Shown in pieces: positions 28,602 through 36,875 of a DNA stretch of 64,000 nt. Source of the stretch: a virus; the IMG/VR virus record IMGVR_UViG_3300047157_000243, positions 1 to 64,000 of that record; one strand, 5' to 3'. Below the pieces are notes generated by a model. It ran no database searches and was not told the origin of the DNA. It was given only the letters and a program-made list of their open reading frames with translations. The position numbers were made by a program, and so were the translations under genes. Within the stretch, counting starts at the first letter, position 1, and each line of letters begins with the position of its first letter.

Positions 28602-29120
28602 ATGGCAGCAGAAATTACAAAAGCAGAAATACAAGACTTGCAAAAACAATTTACTCAAAAAATTGGAGACTATGCAGTTAAGTTTAATGAACCATCTATT
28701 TACAAAGGATACAGTGGACAAGATGCAAATTGGTCTGGAACTGTCCTTTTAGAAAAGGACTACATGATATCTTGGGAATTTTCACTAATTAATGGCCTTA
28801 AAATATTGGATGCAAACTTTAATGTTAACGATAAAAATAAAAACATAATGCAAGACCTACAGGACATATATGAAATTTTTTACGACAAGTTAAATCAAGT
28901 CGTTAGAGATGTGGAATATCAGCCAGAAACTAAAGAAACAGGCGATGAAGTAATGTTAGGTACAGACGCTGATGAAACAGAGCAGTTAGGCGGACCTGCA
29001 GAGACTTCACCAGAAGGTGAAAGCATGCCAATAAACGAATCTAGAATGGTAAAAAATAGAAGAAAGACCATAAATTCCAACTATGAAAGAATGAAAAGGT
29101 TGGCTGGATATAATAAATAA
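28602..29120 (+). CDS. Hypothetical protein with C-terminal ERMKRLAG tag
   Basis: ATG 28602 directly after the previous stop. Confidence 0.65.
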   Translation: MAAEITKAEIQDLQKQFTQKIGDYAVKFNEPSIYKGYSGQDANWSGTVLLEKDYMISWEFSLINGLKILDANFNVNDKNKNIMQDLQDIYEIFYDKLNQVVRDVEYQPETKETGDEVMLGTDADETEQLGGPAETSPEGESMPINESRMVKNRRKTINSNYERMKRLAGYNK

Positions 29121-29134
29121 AAAAAACAAAAAAC

Positions 29135-29428
29135 ATGAAAACAATTATTAAAATTTTAAAATCTTGGTGGATTGACGCAGCTACAACTGGATTGTTGGGT
29201 GTAGTGCTTTTAATATATGGATACAAGCTATATGCTGGTATTGCACTGGGTTGGTCTATAAAAACTTTACTAAAATCATTAAAATCTATGGTTATTGCAG
29301 AAGAAGTTAAACCTGCAATACCTACTAAAAAGCCTGTAGCCAAGAAACCTGTAACTAAGAAACCTGCAACTAAGAAACCTGCAACTAAGAAACCTGCAAC
29401 TAAAAAGTCTTCTACTAAGAAAAAGTAG
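29135..29428 (+). CDS. Membrane protein with C-terminal histone H1-like KKPAT repeats
   Basis: Two hydrophobic segments followed by (TKKPA)n. Confidence 0.7.
   Translation: MKTIIKILKSWWIDAATTGLLGVVLLIYGYKLYAGIALGWSIKTLLKSLKSMVIAEEVKPAIPTKKPVAKKPVTKKPATKKPATKKPATKKSSTKKK
29325..29406. repeat. 15-bp tandem repeat (aagaaacctgcaact), about 5 copies
   Basis: Visible directly at 29342-29401. Confidence 0.85.
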
Positions 29429-29454
29429 ATTTTTTAACTTACTGAAAACTATTA

Positions 29455-29488
29455 ACCCATCAACATTATGTTGATGGGTATTTTATTT
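29455..29488 (+). terminator. Intrinsic terminator
   Basis: ACCCATCAACA/TGTTGATGGGT 11-bp stem + T-rich tail. Confidence 0.7.
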
Positions 29489-29505
29489 AATCAAAATTTA
29501 TAAAA

Positions 29506-29778
29506 ATGGAAAACAAAAAAAACCCCACATACCTCAAGTGGTTATTTACAGAACATAAAACAGGTAAATTAAAAGTGCTTTTAACTATAGTTGGTATAAT
29601 TCAATCAATTTATATTACACCCCTTCTTATAGAGGAATATAATTATGGCATGCCATTATATCCTGCTATAATGGGATTTGTAGCTTCTTATGGATTCACA
29701 ATAGGCATCACTCTACAGCCATATTCAATATATAAAAGATTGGTTGAATTAGATTGGTGGAATAAGTTTGGAAATTAG
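29506..29778 (+). CDS. Two-TM membrane protein
   Basis: Two hydrophobic segments. Confidence 0.6.
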   Translation: MENKKNPTYLKWLFTEHKTGKLKVLLTIVGIIQSIYITPLLIEEYNYGMPLYPAIMGFVASYGFTIGITLQPYSIYKRLVELDWWNKFGN

Positions 29779-30122
29779 TTTTTAATAATCTTCCAACTCT
29801 CTAATGGATTGGTTTCATATTTTAAAGGCGTTTCTCTATATATTAAAAATTTGAAACTCTTTCCAGATACAAGACTATCATTACCTTGAATTTTTACATA
29901 ATCACCATCTTTAAGCTTTTCACTTTCTGCAGCATCCACTATTTTAAATAAATCATCTAACTGTCTTTCCATTTTGACTGTAACACCTTCAAAGTTTAAT
30001 ATAACTGTTTCACCAGGCTTACTATCAAATATGCTTTCTGAAGCTTTAACATCTTCTTGAGCTGCCATTTCTTCGTAAGACTCTTTTATTAACTGTCTGA
30101 TAATTTCTTTTGTAATTTTCAT
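29775..30122 (-). CDS. Hypothetical protein with N-terminal MKITKEIIRQLIKE tag
   Basis: TATTTAT upstream at 30151-30157. Confidence 0.65.
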   Translation of the reverse strand: MKITKEIIRQLIKESYEEMAAQEDVKASESIFDSKPGETVILNFEGVTVKMERQLDDLFKIVDAAESEKLKDGDYVKIQGNDSLVSGKSFKFLIYRETPLKYETNPLESWKIIKN

Positions 30123-30194
30123 TTTTTTATTTTTGTAAAAATTGTTATCTATAAATATAGGAATTTTTCTTTTTTTCTTGTAAATTGCGATATT

Positions 30195-32090
30195 ATGAGT
30201 ACAAATCCAATAGTTATAACAAAACTTAAATCAAACTATAAGGTAGAATATAATTATAGAAAGAATTTAAGTGATTTCATCAAAGGATTCCCAGAAGACC
30301 AAAGGAGGATTAATGTTGATTACATACAAAATCCTGATGGTACTGGTTATGAAAGTTGGTACAGAGTTGTTTCTTCGGGATATATAGGCAAAGTTATTTC
30401 TTTTATAAAAGATAATGGAATGCCTTTTAAGTTTACAAACTTAACTCCCGAAGAGGTTGAATCATTAAGAAGAGAATTTGTCAAAAGACAAGAGTCTTTA
30501 CTAAAAGCACTGTCTATAAAGACTGAAAATATAAACACTTCTAAAGTTGATTTTTCATTCATGAATATAGAGCCTTATGATTATCAAAAACAGGCTGCTA
30601 TATTTTTTGATGCTTGTAATGGAAGGTCTTTGTTGGGCGACCAGCCAGGAGTTGGAAAGACTGCTGCTGCAATGACATATGCTTGCTGGAAGAATAAGAA
30701 AACCTTAATTGTATGTCCTGCAAACCTAAGGTTAAATTGGCGTAATGAAATACTTAAGTTTACAAAAGAGAAAGCTTTTGTATACAAATGGAAGCCAACC
30801 AAGAAATCCAAGAAAATTAACCACCCTAAGGATGATTCTATGTTTCATATTATGAGCTACAGTTCTCTGGATACATACATAACTATAGAAATGTCTCACA
30901 CATGTAAAAACGTATTTTGTGGTTGGAAAGGTAGAAATAGTAAAAAAAGATATAAAGACAAAGTTTGTCCTAATTGCGGAGTAAGAGGTATGGTTAATTC
31001 TAGGGCGACAAAAAACATAACATTCACACCAGACAAGATGGGAGAAGTGTTAAATGCGGAAGATTATGAAATATTGATAATGGATGAGGCTCATTATATT
31101 AAAAACAACTCAGCAGACAGAACTAAACTGGCAAAGAAGACGTTAAAAGATATACCTCAAAAATTGCTATTAACAGGTACTGCGATAAAAAGTAGACCTT
31201 ATGAATTTTTCTCTTTATTAAACTTCCTATACCCAGAAGAGTGGAGTAATGCTCACTCTTTTGGGGTGAAATACTGTGCTGCAGAAAAAAACAATTTTGG
31301 ATGGGACTATAGTGGAGCTTCTAATTTAGATGAGTTATTTGAAAAAATATCACCATTCTTTCTTAGGAGGTTGAAAAAAGATATATTAAAACACTTACCT
31401 CCAAAAACTTATACAGCTATACCTGTAGAGCTTACCCCTATAGAAACGAGAGAGTATAATAAGATTAAAAAAGGCATAAAAGAAGAGAGTTCTCAAGATG
31501 ACCAAGAGGCTGACAATAGAATGAATCACTTAACTAGAATTCAAAAGTTAAAACAATTCACCTCAGAAATAAAAATGAAAAGAGCATTTGAGTTTATTCA
31601 AGATATTATTGATGGAGACGAGAAGGTCGTAGTTTTTAGTCAATACAAAGGAGTTTCTTACGAAGTAGCTAATAAATTCGGAGATAAAGCAGTTGTATTT
31701 AATGGAGACATTAATGCAAACAAAAAAGAAGAGGCTGTAGAGGCTTTTATGACGGATGACAATGTCAAGGTGTTCTCTGGTACAATAGGTGCAGCAGGAG
31801 TCGGTATAACGCTTACATCGGCAAGTATTTCAATATTCATTGACCAACCATGGACTAGTGCAGATAGAGAACAGGCAGAAGATAGAATACACAGAGCGTC
31901 TTCCACGTCAGATAAAATACAAATTATAAGACTTATATGTCAAGATACAATTGATGAAGATATAGAAAAGCTTTTAAATCAAAAGTCCTCAATATTATCT
32001 AAAGTTTTAGATGGGAAAGAATTTGAGCAGACAGTTGAGGTTAAAGATGGTAATATATTCGGAGATTTAGTAAAATTATTATACAACTAA
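30195..32090 (+). CDS. SNF2-family (SMARCAL1/HARP-like) helicase with inserted zinc ribbon
   Basis: GDQPGVGKT, IVCPA.L..NW..E, DEAH, LLTGT, FLRRLK, VVFSQ, GVGITLT, QAEDRIHR. Confidence 0.9.
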   Translation: MSTNPIVITKLKSNYKVEYNYRKNLSDFIKGFPEDQRRINVDYIQNPDGTGYESWYRVVSSGYIGKVISFIKDNGMPFKFTNLTPEEVESLRREFVKRQESLLKALSIKTENINTSKVDFSFMNIEPYDYQKQAAIFFDACNGRSLLGDQPGVGKTAAAMTYACWKNKKTLIVCPANLRLNWRNEILKFTKEKAFVYKWKPTKKSKKINHPKDDSMFHIMSYSSLDTYITIEMSHTCKNVFCGWKGRNSKKRYKDKVCPNCGVRGMVNSRATKNITFTPDKMGEVLNAEDYEILIMDEAHYIKNNSADRTKLAKKTLKDIPQKLLLTGTAIKSRPYEFFSLLNFLYPEEWSNAHSFGVKYCAAEKNNFGWDYSGASNLDELFEKISPFFLRRLKKDILKHLPPKTYTAIPVELTPIETREYNKIKKGIKEESSQDDQEADNRMNHLTRIQKLKQFTSEIKMKRAFEFIQDIIDGDEKVVVFSQYKGVSYEVANKFGDKAVVFNGDINANKKEEAVEAFMTDDNVKVFSGTIGAAGVGITLTSASISIFIDQPWTSADREQAEDRIHRASSTSDKIQIIRLICQDTIDEDIEKLLNQKSSILSKVLDGKEFEQTVEVKDGNIFGDLVKLLYN

Positions 32091-32095
32091 AAAAC

Positions 32096-32368
32096 ATGAA
32101 AAAACTAAACACTATTTTATACATTCTGATTTTAAGCTTCTTAATTACAGGATGTGCAGACGTAAGCCCTAACGCAATCGATTGTGTTAATGAATCTTCT
32201 TATGGATTCTTTGGAGGCCTATGGCATGGACTAATATCAATATTTTCTTTTATAGGAAGTTTGTTTATGGATGATGTGGCGGTGTATGCTTATAACAACA
32301 ATGGAGCTTGGTATGATTTTGGTTTTTTACTGGGAGTTGGGGCTTTTGCTTCTCGTGCGACAAAGTAG
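32096..32368 (+). CDS. Lipoprotein / small membrane protein
   Basis: Lipobox LITGC; GFFGGLWHG...NNG.WYDFGFLLG. Confidence 0.7.
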   Translation: MKKLNTILYILILSFLITGCADVSPNAIDCVNESSYGFFGGLWHGLISIFSFIGSLFMDDVAVYAYNNNGAWYDFGFLLGVGAFASRATK

Positions 32369-32418
32369 TAATTTGACAATTAAAATAAATATATTTTTTA
32401 TCTAATGTAATATTTTTA

Positions 32419-32426
32419 TATATTTG
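32419..32426 (+). promoter_or_regulatory. Bacteroidota-type -7 element upstream of the tRNA/ncRNA cluster
   Basis: TATATTTG 50 nt before tRNA-Arg. Confidence 0.55.
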
Positions 32427-32475
32427 TCGTTAGATAAAAAAAGGTTCTTTGAAATGTTGGAAAAGTAATTTAAAT

Positions 32476-32552
32476 GGACGGGTAGCTCAGCTGGATAGAG
32501 CATCTGCCTTCTAAGCAGACGGTCGAAGGTTCGAATCCTTCTCCGTTCACCA
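32476..32552 (+). tRNA. tRNA-Arg (UCU)
   Basis: Cloverleaf; anticodon arm TCTGC-CTTCTAA-GCAGA; TTCGAAT T-loop; encoded CCA. Confidence 0.96.
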
Positions 32553-32559
32553 TTTAATA

Positions 32560-32633
32560 GGGCCTCTAGCTCAGCTGGTTAGAGCAACTGACTCATAATC
32601 AGTAGGTCACAGGTTCGAACCCTGTGGGGCCCA
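32560..32633 (+). tRNA. tRNA-CAU, most likely Ile2 (lysidine) rather than Met
   Basis: GGGCCTC/GGGGCCC acceptor; ACTGA-CTCATAA-TCAGT arm; lacks the initiator GGG/CCC anticodon stem; no encoded CCA. Confidence 0.9.
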
Positions 32634-32650
32634 CTCAAATATTTTATCAT

Positions 32651-33119
32651 TGCAAGCAGTTGTCACCTTCAACTTTAATAAGGAGAGTTTAATAGTCACT
32701 TCTTAGACACTGCTTGCATCTTATTAACCTGACACAGCAGATTAATAGAGGTTGTACGGTCCAAATTTACTCTTTAAAATATTAAGGGACCTATTCTGGT
32801 GACAATTCCAGACGCGGAGATGTGATGAAACTTTGGACATTTAGTTAGTGCATTAACTGATGTCTGTATGGGATTAAGCCGTGAAAAACGGGGCGGACTG
32901 TGAAAAAAACTGCCCCTTTTTATATTTTATTTTTTAAAAACATTTAAAATACGTGCTGTTTAATCTGCGGCTAGTCCAGTCCATAGGATGATGAGAAATG
33001 GTGTGATAACCATATGGAGATACTTCGACAGTAATTAAATTTACACAAGTGTATGAGGATAGGTGTGAGACTTTGAGGCTGTGCCGCCAGGTGCAGATTA
33101 GTCGTCCTTGAGATAGCAC
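32651..33119 (+). ncRNA. Structured non-coding tract (probably 2-3 ncRNAs) downstream of the tRNAs
   Basis: No credible ORF, raised GC, many stems (see findings). Confidence 0.55.
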
Positions 33120-33140
33120 CCGCTTGATGTCGGAATTAAA

Positions 33141-33851
33141 TTAAATAAGTTCTATTAATTCCTCAAATTGCTTTTCTGATAATCTATCAAAAGATATTTT
33201 TTTCTTGATATTTTTGGAGTATATTAATTCTTCGTTTGGCTCATCTACATACCAATCCTTTCCTCCAATTTTTACTTTAGGCAAATCTAGCTCCACCTTT
33301 TTTCTGCTGCCCCCCTTAGATTTTGCTTTTTCACTATTTAGCTTTGTGAAAAATAATTCGTTTTTAATAATTCTATCAACTCTTAACTTTTCTTTTGTTT
33401 GAGGAACATCATCTTTGGCAAAATATATTGTTTGTATTTCATTATTTCTAATGATAGCATATATTTTATTTCCGTTGCTTTTAGTTTTTCTGTCTAAAAA
33501 AAATAAATTTTTTCCAACTACATCTAATCTATCCTCCTCTGAATAGTAGTTTATTCTTTTTGGGTCTATCCTTATGTATGCTAATATTACTGCAAAATCT
33601 TCATTTTTTGGAAATTCGTAACCCTCTATAAGTCTATATTTTCTTTTTATACTTTCTCTTTCATCACTACTCAGGCTATATGTCCCTACTGACTTATAAT
33701 CTGGCTCAAAAACATTTGTTGAACCTCTCTCTTCATATCCAACTTGAATATTGTCTCTATCTATAAACCTTTCTGACAGTCTATCTAAAGAGTGTTCGGC
33801 AGAAAAGGCTTCTTCCAAAATTTCCTTAACAATTTTTCGAATAGAATTCAT
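33141..33851 (-). CDS. Hypothetical protein with N-terminal MNSIRKIVKEILEE tag
   Basis: ORF; H.LDRL.ER motif after the tag. Confidence 0.65.
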   Translation of the reverse strand: MNSIRKIVKEILEEAFSAEHSLDRLSERFIDRDNIQVGYEERGSTNVFEPDYKSVGTYSLSSDERESIKRKYRLIEGYEFPKNEDFAVILAYIRIDPKRINYYSEEDRLDVVGKNLFFLDRKTKSNGNKIYAIIRNNEIQTIYFAKDDVPQTKEKLRVDRIIKNELFFTKLNSEKAKSKGGSRKKVELDLPKVKIGGKDWYVDEPNEELIYSKNIKKKISFDRLSEKQFEELIELI

Positions 33852-33908
33852 ACTGTAATATTTTAATAAAATATACGTTTATTTGTAAATAGTCACATAT
33901 TTATTATT

Positions 33909-34604
33909 ATGAAGAGAAAAATGTTAGTTTTAGTTGGACCTCCTTCTGTGGGAAAGTCAACTTGGATAGCCTCAAACTACCCAGAAGCGTATATTATTAA
34001 TAGAGACGACATTGTAGAATCGGTAGCATCAAGCTACGGATGGACTTATGATGATATGTTTGCGACACCACCAGAATATGCAGAAGTAGGTGATGTTGAC
34101 GAAAAGTACGGTACAGTCAAAGAGTCTCCATCGTGGATGACCTGGACTGAAACTATATTTGACAAAGTTTTTGAAGCAAATGGAAAAGTTCAAAAACTAA
34201 TGAATGATAAAGTCTCTCAAGCACACCCTAGCAGCAAAGATGTTGTTGTTGATATGACAAATATGAACACAAACTCCAGAAAAAATGCAATGAAAGCAAT
34301 AGAGGGAAATGAGAGTGAATACCACAAAGTGGCTGTAGACTTTAAATTTCAAGGAGCAGAAGATGTGATAAAAAAAATGGCAGAAAAAAGAGCTGAATCA
34401 GCTAAGAGAATGGGTAAGTCTAAAACTATTCCTTCAGATGTTTTTAATAAAATGTTTTCATCATACTCCAAACCATCTACTTCAGAGGGTTTTGATGAAA
34501 TAGTGTCTGTTGATAATGTTGAAAACCTTAAATCTTCTTTAGACAAAGATGATTTAAAAGAATCAATTAGGAAAGAAATAAGAAAAGAGTTATGGAATTT
34601 ATAG
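33909..34604 (+). CDS. P-loop kinase (AAA_33/polynucleotide-kinase-like) with C-terminal LKESIRKEIRKE tag
   Basis: VLVGPPSVGKSTW, I.RD, VVDMTN....R, P...EGFDEI. Confidence 0.8.
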   Translation: MKRKMLVLVGPPSVGKSTWIASNYPEAYIINRDDIVESVASSYGWTYDDMFATPPEYAEVGDVDEKYGTVKESPSWMTWTETIFDKVFEANGKVQKLMNDKVSQAHPSSKDVVVDMTNMNTNSRKNAMKAIEGNESEYHKVAVDFKFQGAEDVIKKMAEKRAESAKRMGKSKTIPSDVFNKMFSSYSKPSTSEGFDEIVSVDNVENLKSSLDKDDLKESIRKEIRKELWNL

Positions 34605-34843
34605 GCAAATATGAAAATTGGTATAATCGACTTATGAAAGTTGGTTATGATGGAGCAGAGGATAAGGTTAAAAGTTTCATGGAGGCACATAATGATATTA
34701 TATGGGAACAAAAGTTAATGGACTTCGTAAATAAAGGAATGGAAACAAAAGATGCTATGTCAAAGGTTAGCATTTTAAGAGAAGCATTTGCTGGTGACCA
34801 TAAATGTGAAAAGTTTGTTCAGTCTATAGAGGATAAAAAATAA
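34592..34843 (+). CDS. Hypothetical protein
   Basis: Overlapping ORF. Confidence 0.55.
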   Translation: MEFIGKYENWYNRLMKVGYDGAEDKVKSFMEAHNDIIWEQKLMDFVNKGMETKDAMSKVSILREAFAGDHKCEKFVQSIEDKK

Positions 34844-34893
34844 TTATATTTTAATTAAAATCATATTTTATTAATATATTAAATAATAAACTT

Positions 34894-35106
34894 ATGACAA
34901 AGATAAGAATTAACGACTTGCCAAACGAGGAGAGAATGTTTTTTTTAAAAAAATTTAAAACAAAATATTTTGAAGAAAATTTTGATGACCTTTATTTTCA
35001 GCTTGAAGAAGAGTGTGTAAAAAGAGGCTATGTTGATAATGAAATAAAGTTCATAGTAGAAAACAAATATGTTAAAGCCTATGTTTTGGTTGATTTGATT
35101 AAATAG
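34894..35106 (+). CDS. Hypothetical protein
   Basis: ORF. Confidence 0.55.
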   Translation: MTKIRINDLPNEERMFFLKKFKTKYFEENFDDLYFQLEEECVKRGYVDNEIKFIVENKYVKAYVLVDLIK

Positions 35107-35145
35107 TTTAACTACTTTATAAAACTATTATATATTTATATTCAT

Positions 35146-35643
35146 ATGCAGCAAGTATTAGTATTAAACAGCACATACCAGCCCATAAATGTAACAAGCT
35201 TATCTAGAGGATTTAAGTTAGTTTTTAAAGGAAAGGCTGAAATACTAGAACACATCTCAAAAGAACCTATTGTAACAGAAAGAAAAAGCTTTAAAAGACC
35301 TACAGTTATTAGACTTTTAAAATACGTATCCGTTCCTTTTAGAAAAGTTTATTTATGCAGGCAGAATATATTTAGAAGAGATGATTTTCAATGCCTATAT
35401 TGTAATAGCGAAAAAGATTTAACCATAGACCACGTAATGCCCAGCTCTAGAGGAGGTAATAACACTTGGCAGAATTTGGCAACATGTTGTAAATCTTGTA
35501 ACGAAACAAAGGATAACAAAACCCCAGAAGAAGCAAATATGAATATGAGACACAAGCCTTTTAGGCCTTCCTATTTATATTATGTTCAGAAATTTAAAAG
35601 AATACATAAATCCTGGAATGTTTATGTTGGAATTAATAGTTAA
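35146..35643 (+). CDS. HNH endonuclease
   Basis: VLVLN..Y.P; RDDFQCLYC...LTIDHVMP.SRGG..TWQNL..CC..CN..K. Confidence 0.9.
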   Translation: MQQVLVLNSTYQPINVTSLSRGFKLVFKGKAEILEHISKEPIVTERKSFKRPTVIRLLKYVSVPFRKVYLCRQNIFRRDDFQCLYCNSEKDLTIDHVMPSSRGGNNTWQNLATCCKSCNETKDNKTPEEANMNMRHKPFRPSYLYYVQKFKRIHKSWNVYVGINS

Positions 35644-36506
35644 GACTTTTTATAAGCCCTGATATAATCTATTTCGTGATACGTTGGAAACGTGGCTTCA
35701 TCTAATTTTCTATCTTCACCCGCATCTATTTGATTTCCTATAATGATATGCATTGGATGTTTGAAGTCTTTTATGGCTTTTGGGTTACTAAAAACTCTAA
35801 TTAATATATTATCATAATATATTTTAAAACCTTTTTCATTCCACTCTACCGCATATGTGTGAAAGTCTGTTGATATATTATTAACATTATGTCCCATCGC
35901 TTTCATTTTTTTGTTTTCAGATGTTCCCCAATGAAAGTTAGACTCAAAATTAACTAAGCCCCTAACAGGCCTGCCAGTATATGCTTCATATATATCTATT
36001 TCTGGTGGCCAAGCATGTACAGATGCTAACCAAAAAGCAGGCCAATGCCCTGGTTCTGAAGGCATTTTACTTCTTATCTCAAAGAAACCATACTTTTGCT
36101 CAAAAGACTTAGAACTATCTAATTGACCCACTCTATATGGTATGGTGTACGAGCCGTAATCTTCTCCTTCCCAAGTTACATAGTTTATTTTTATGGGATT
36201 TTTTTCAGCTCTTTGTTTTATTGTAGAATCTGTAAATTCAAACATATTGTCTCCACAATATTGTTTTGGAGCTGTACTATCTTCAATAATACTCCCTGGA
36301 TGGTATCTTAGCCCAAAGTAATGGTCAGTTCTCCACTTTTTTTTATCTAATTTTTTATTGTTAAATTCATCTTGAAAAGTCAGATTCCAACCTTTTTTTT
36401 TAGAATTATTATTAACATTTTTAAATCTTTTAGAATCAAAAGCTAAATAGCACCATAACCTAATTTTTAAGAAAAAGTTGATTACAAAATCTCTCAATAC
36501 CCACAT
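35640..36506 (-). CDS. Glycoside hydrolase family 16 (beta-glucanase/laminarinase-like)
   Basis: F.DEF, YG.FEIR.KMP, WPAFW, EIDIYE catalytic motif, FHTYAVEW, IDYIRAY. Confidence 0.9.
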   Translation of the reverse strand: MWVLRDFVINFFLKIRLWCYLAFDSKRFKNVNNNSKKKGWNLTFQDEFNNKKLDKKKWRTDHYFGLRYHPGSIIEDSTAPKQYCGDNMFEFTDSTIKQRAEKNPIKINYVTWEGEDYGSYTIPYRVGQLDSSKSFEQKYGFFEIRSKMPSEPGHWPAFWLASVHAWPPEIDIYEAYTGRPVRGLVNFESNFHWGTSENKKMKAMGHNVNNISTDFHTYAVEWNEKGFKIYYDNILIRVFSNPKAIKDFKHPMHIIIGNQIDAGEDRKLDEATFPTYHEIDYIRAYKKS

Positions 36507-36524
36507 ATATATATGACTTATTTT

Positions 36525-36742
36525 TTACTTATTTTCGTTGCTAAATATGCCTCCAACAGTCCTTAGTCCAATCAAGGTACATCCAGCTACTAGAACAGAG
36601 TTAAACAATTCTTTTCCAACACCATAAAAGTGAAAGCCATCTAAAACGTAAGTTACAGCACATAGCGCTAAAAATATATTACCCCAAAACTTTTTACTTG
36701 ATACTTTTCCTCCTTTTTTTTTTCTGTGAATAAATCTTTCAT
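36525..36742 (-). CDS. Putative holin (frameshift in A10 run at 36714-36723; not in ORF track)
   Basis: Corrected: MKDLFTEKKGGKVSSKKFWGNIFLALCAVTYVLDGFHFYGVGKELFNSVLVAGCTLIGLRTVGGIFSNENK, two TM segments, close to the lysozyme. Confidence 0.6.
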
Positions 36743-36764
36743 AATTTTTAATTTTAATTAAATG

Positions 36765-36838
36765 TGGAGGATATCGGAGTCGAACCGATGACCTCCTGCG
36801 TGCAAGGCAGGCGCTCTAGCCAGCTGAGCTAATCCCCC
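36765..36838 (-). tRNA. tRNA-Ala (UGC)
   Basis: GGGGGATTAGCTCAGCTGGCTAGAGCGCCTGCCTTGCACGCAGG...TTCGACT; G3:U70 pair. Confidence 0.96.
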
Positions 36839-36875
36839 ATAAGTTTTATAATAAATATCATAAAAAAACAATATG

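Noticed and set aside
32980-33010. Hammerhead ribozyme
   Set aside because: GATGATGAG resembles but does not match the CUGAnGA core, and I could not place the required stems.
32934-33119. 61-aa ORF on the - strand
   Set aside because: Non-ATG start, atypical composition, and it coincides with the base-paired RNA-like element.
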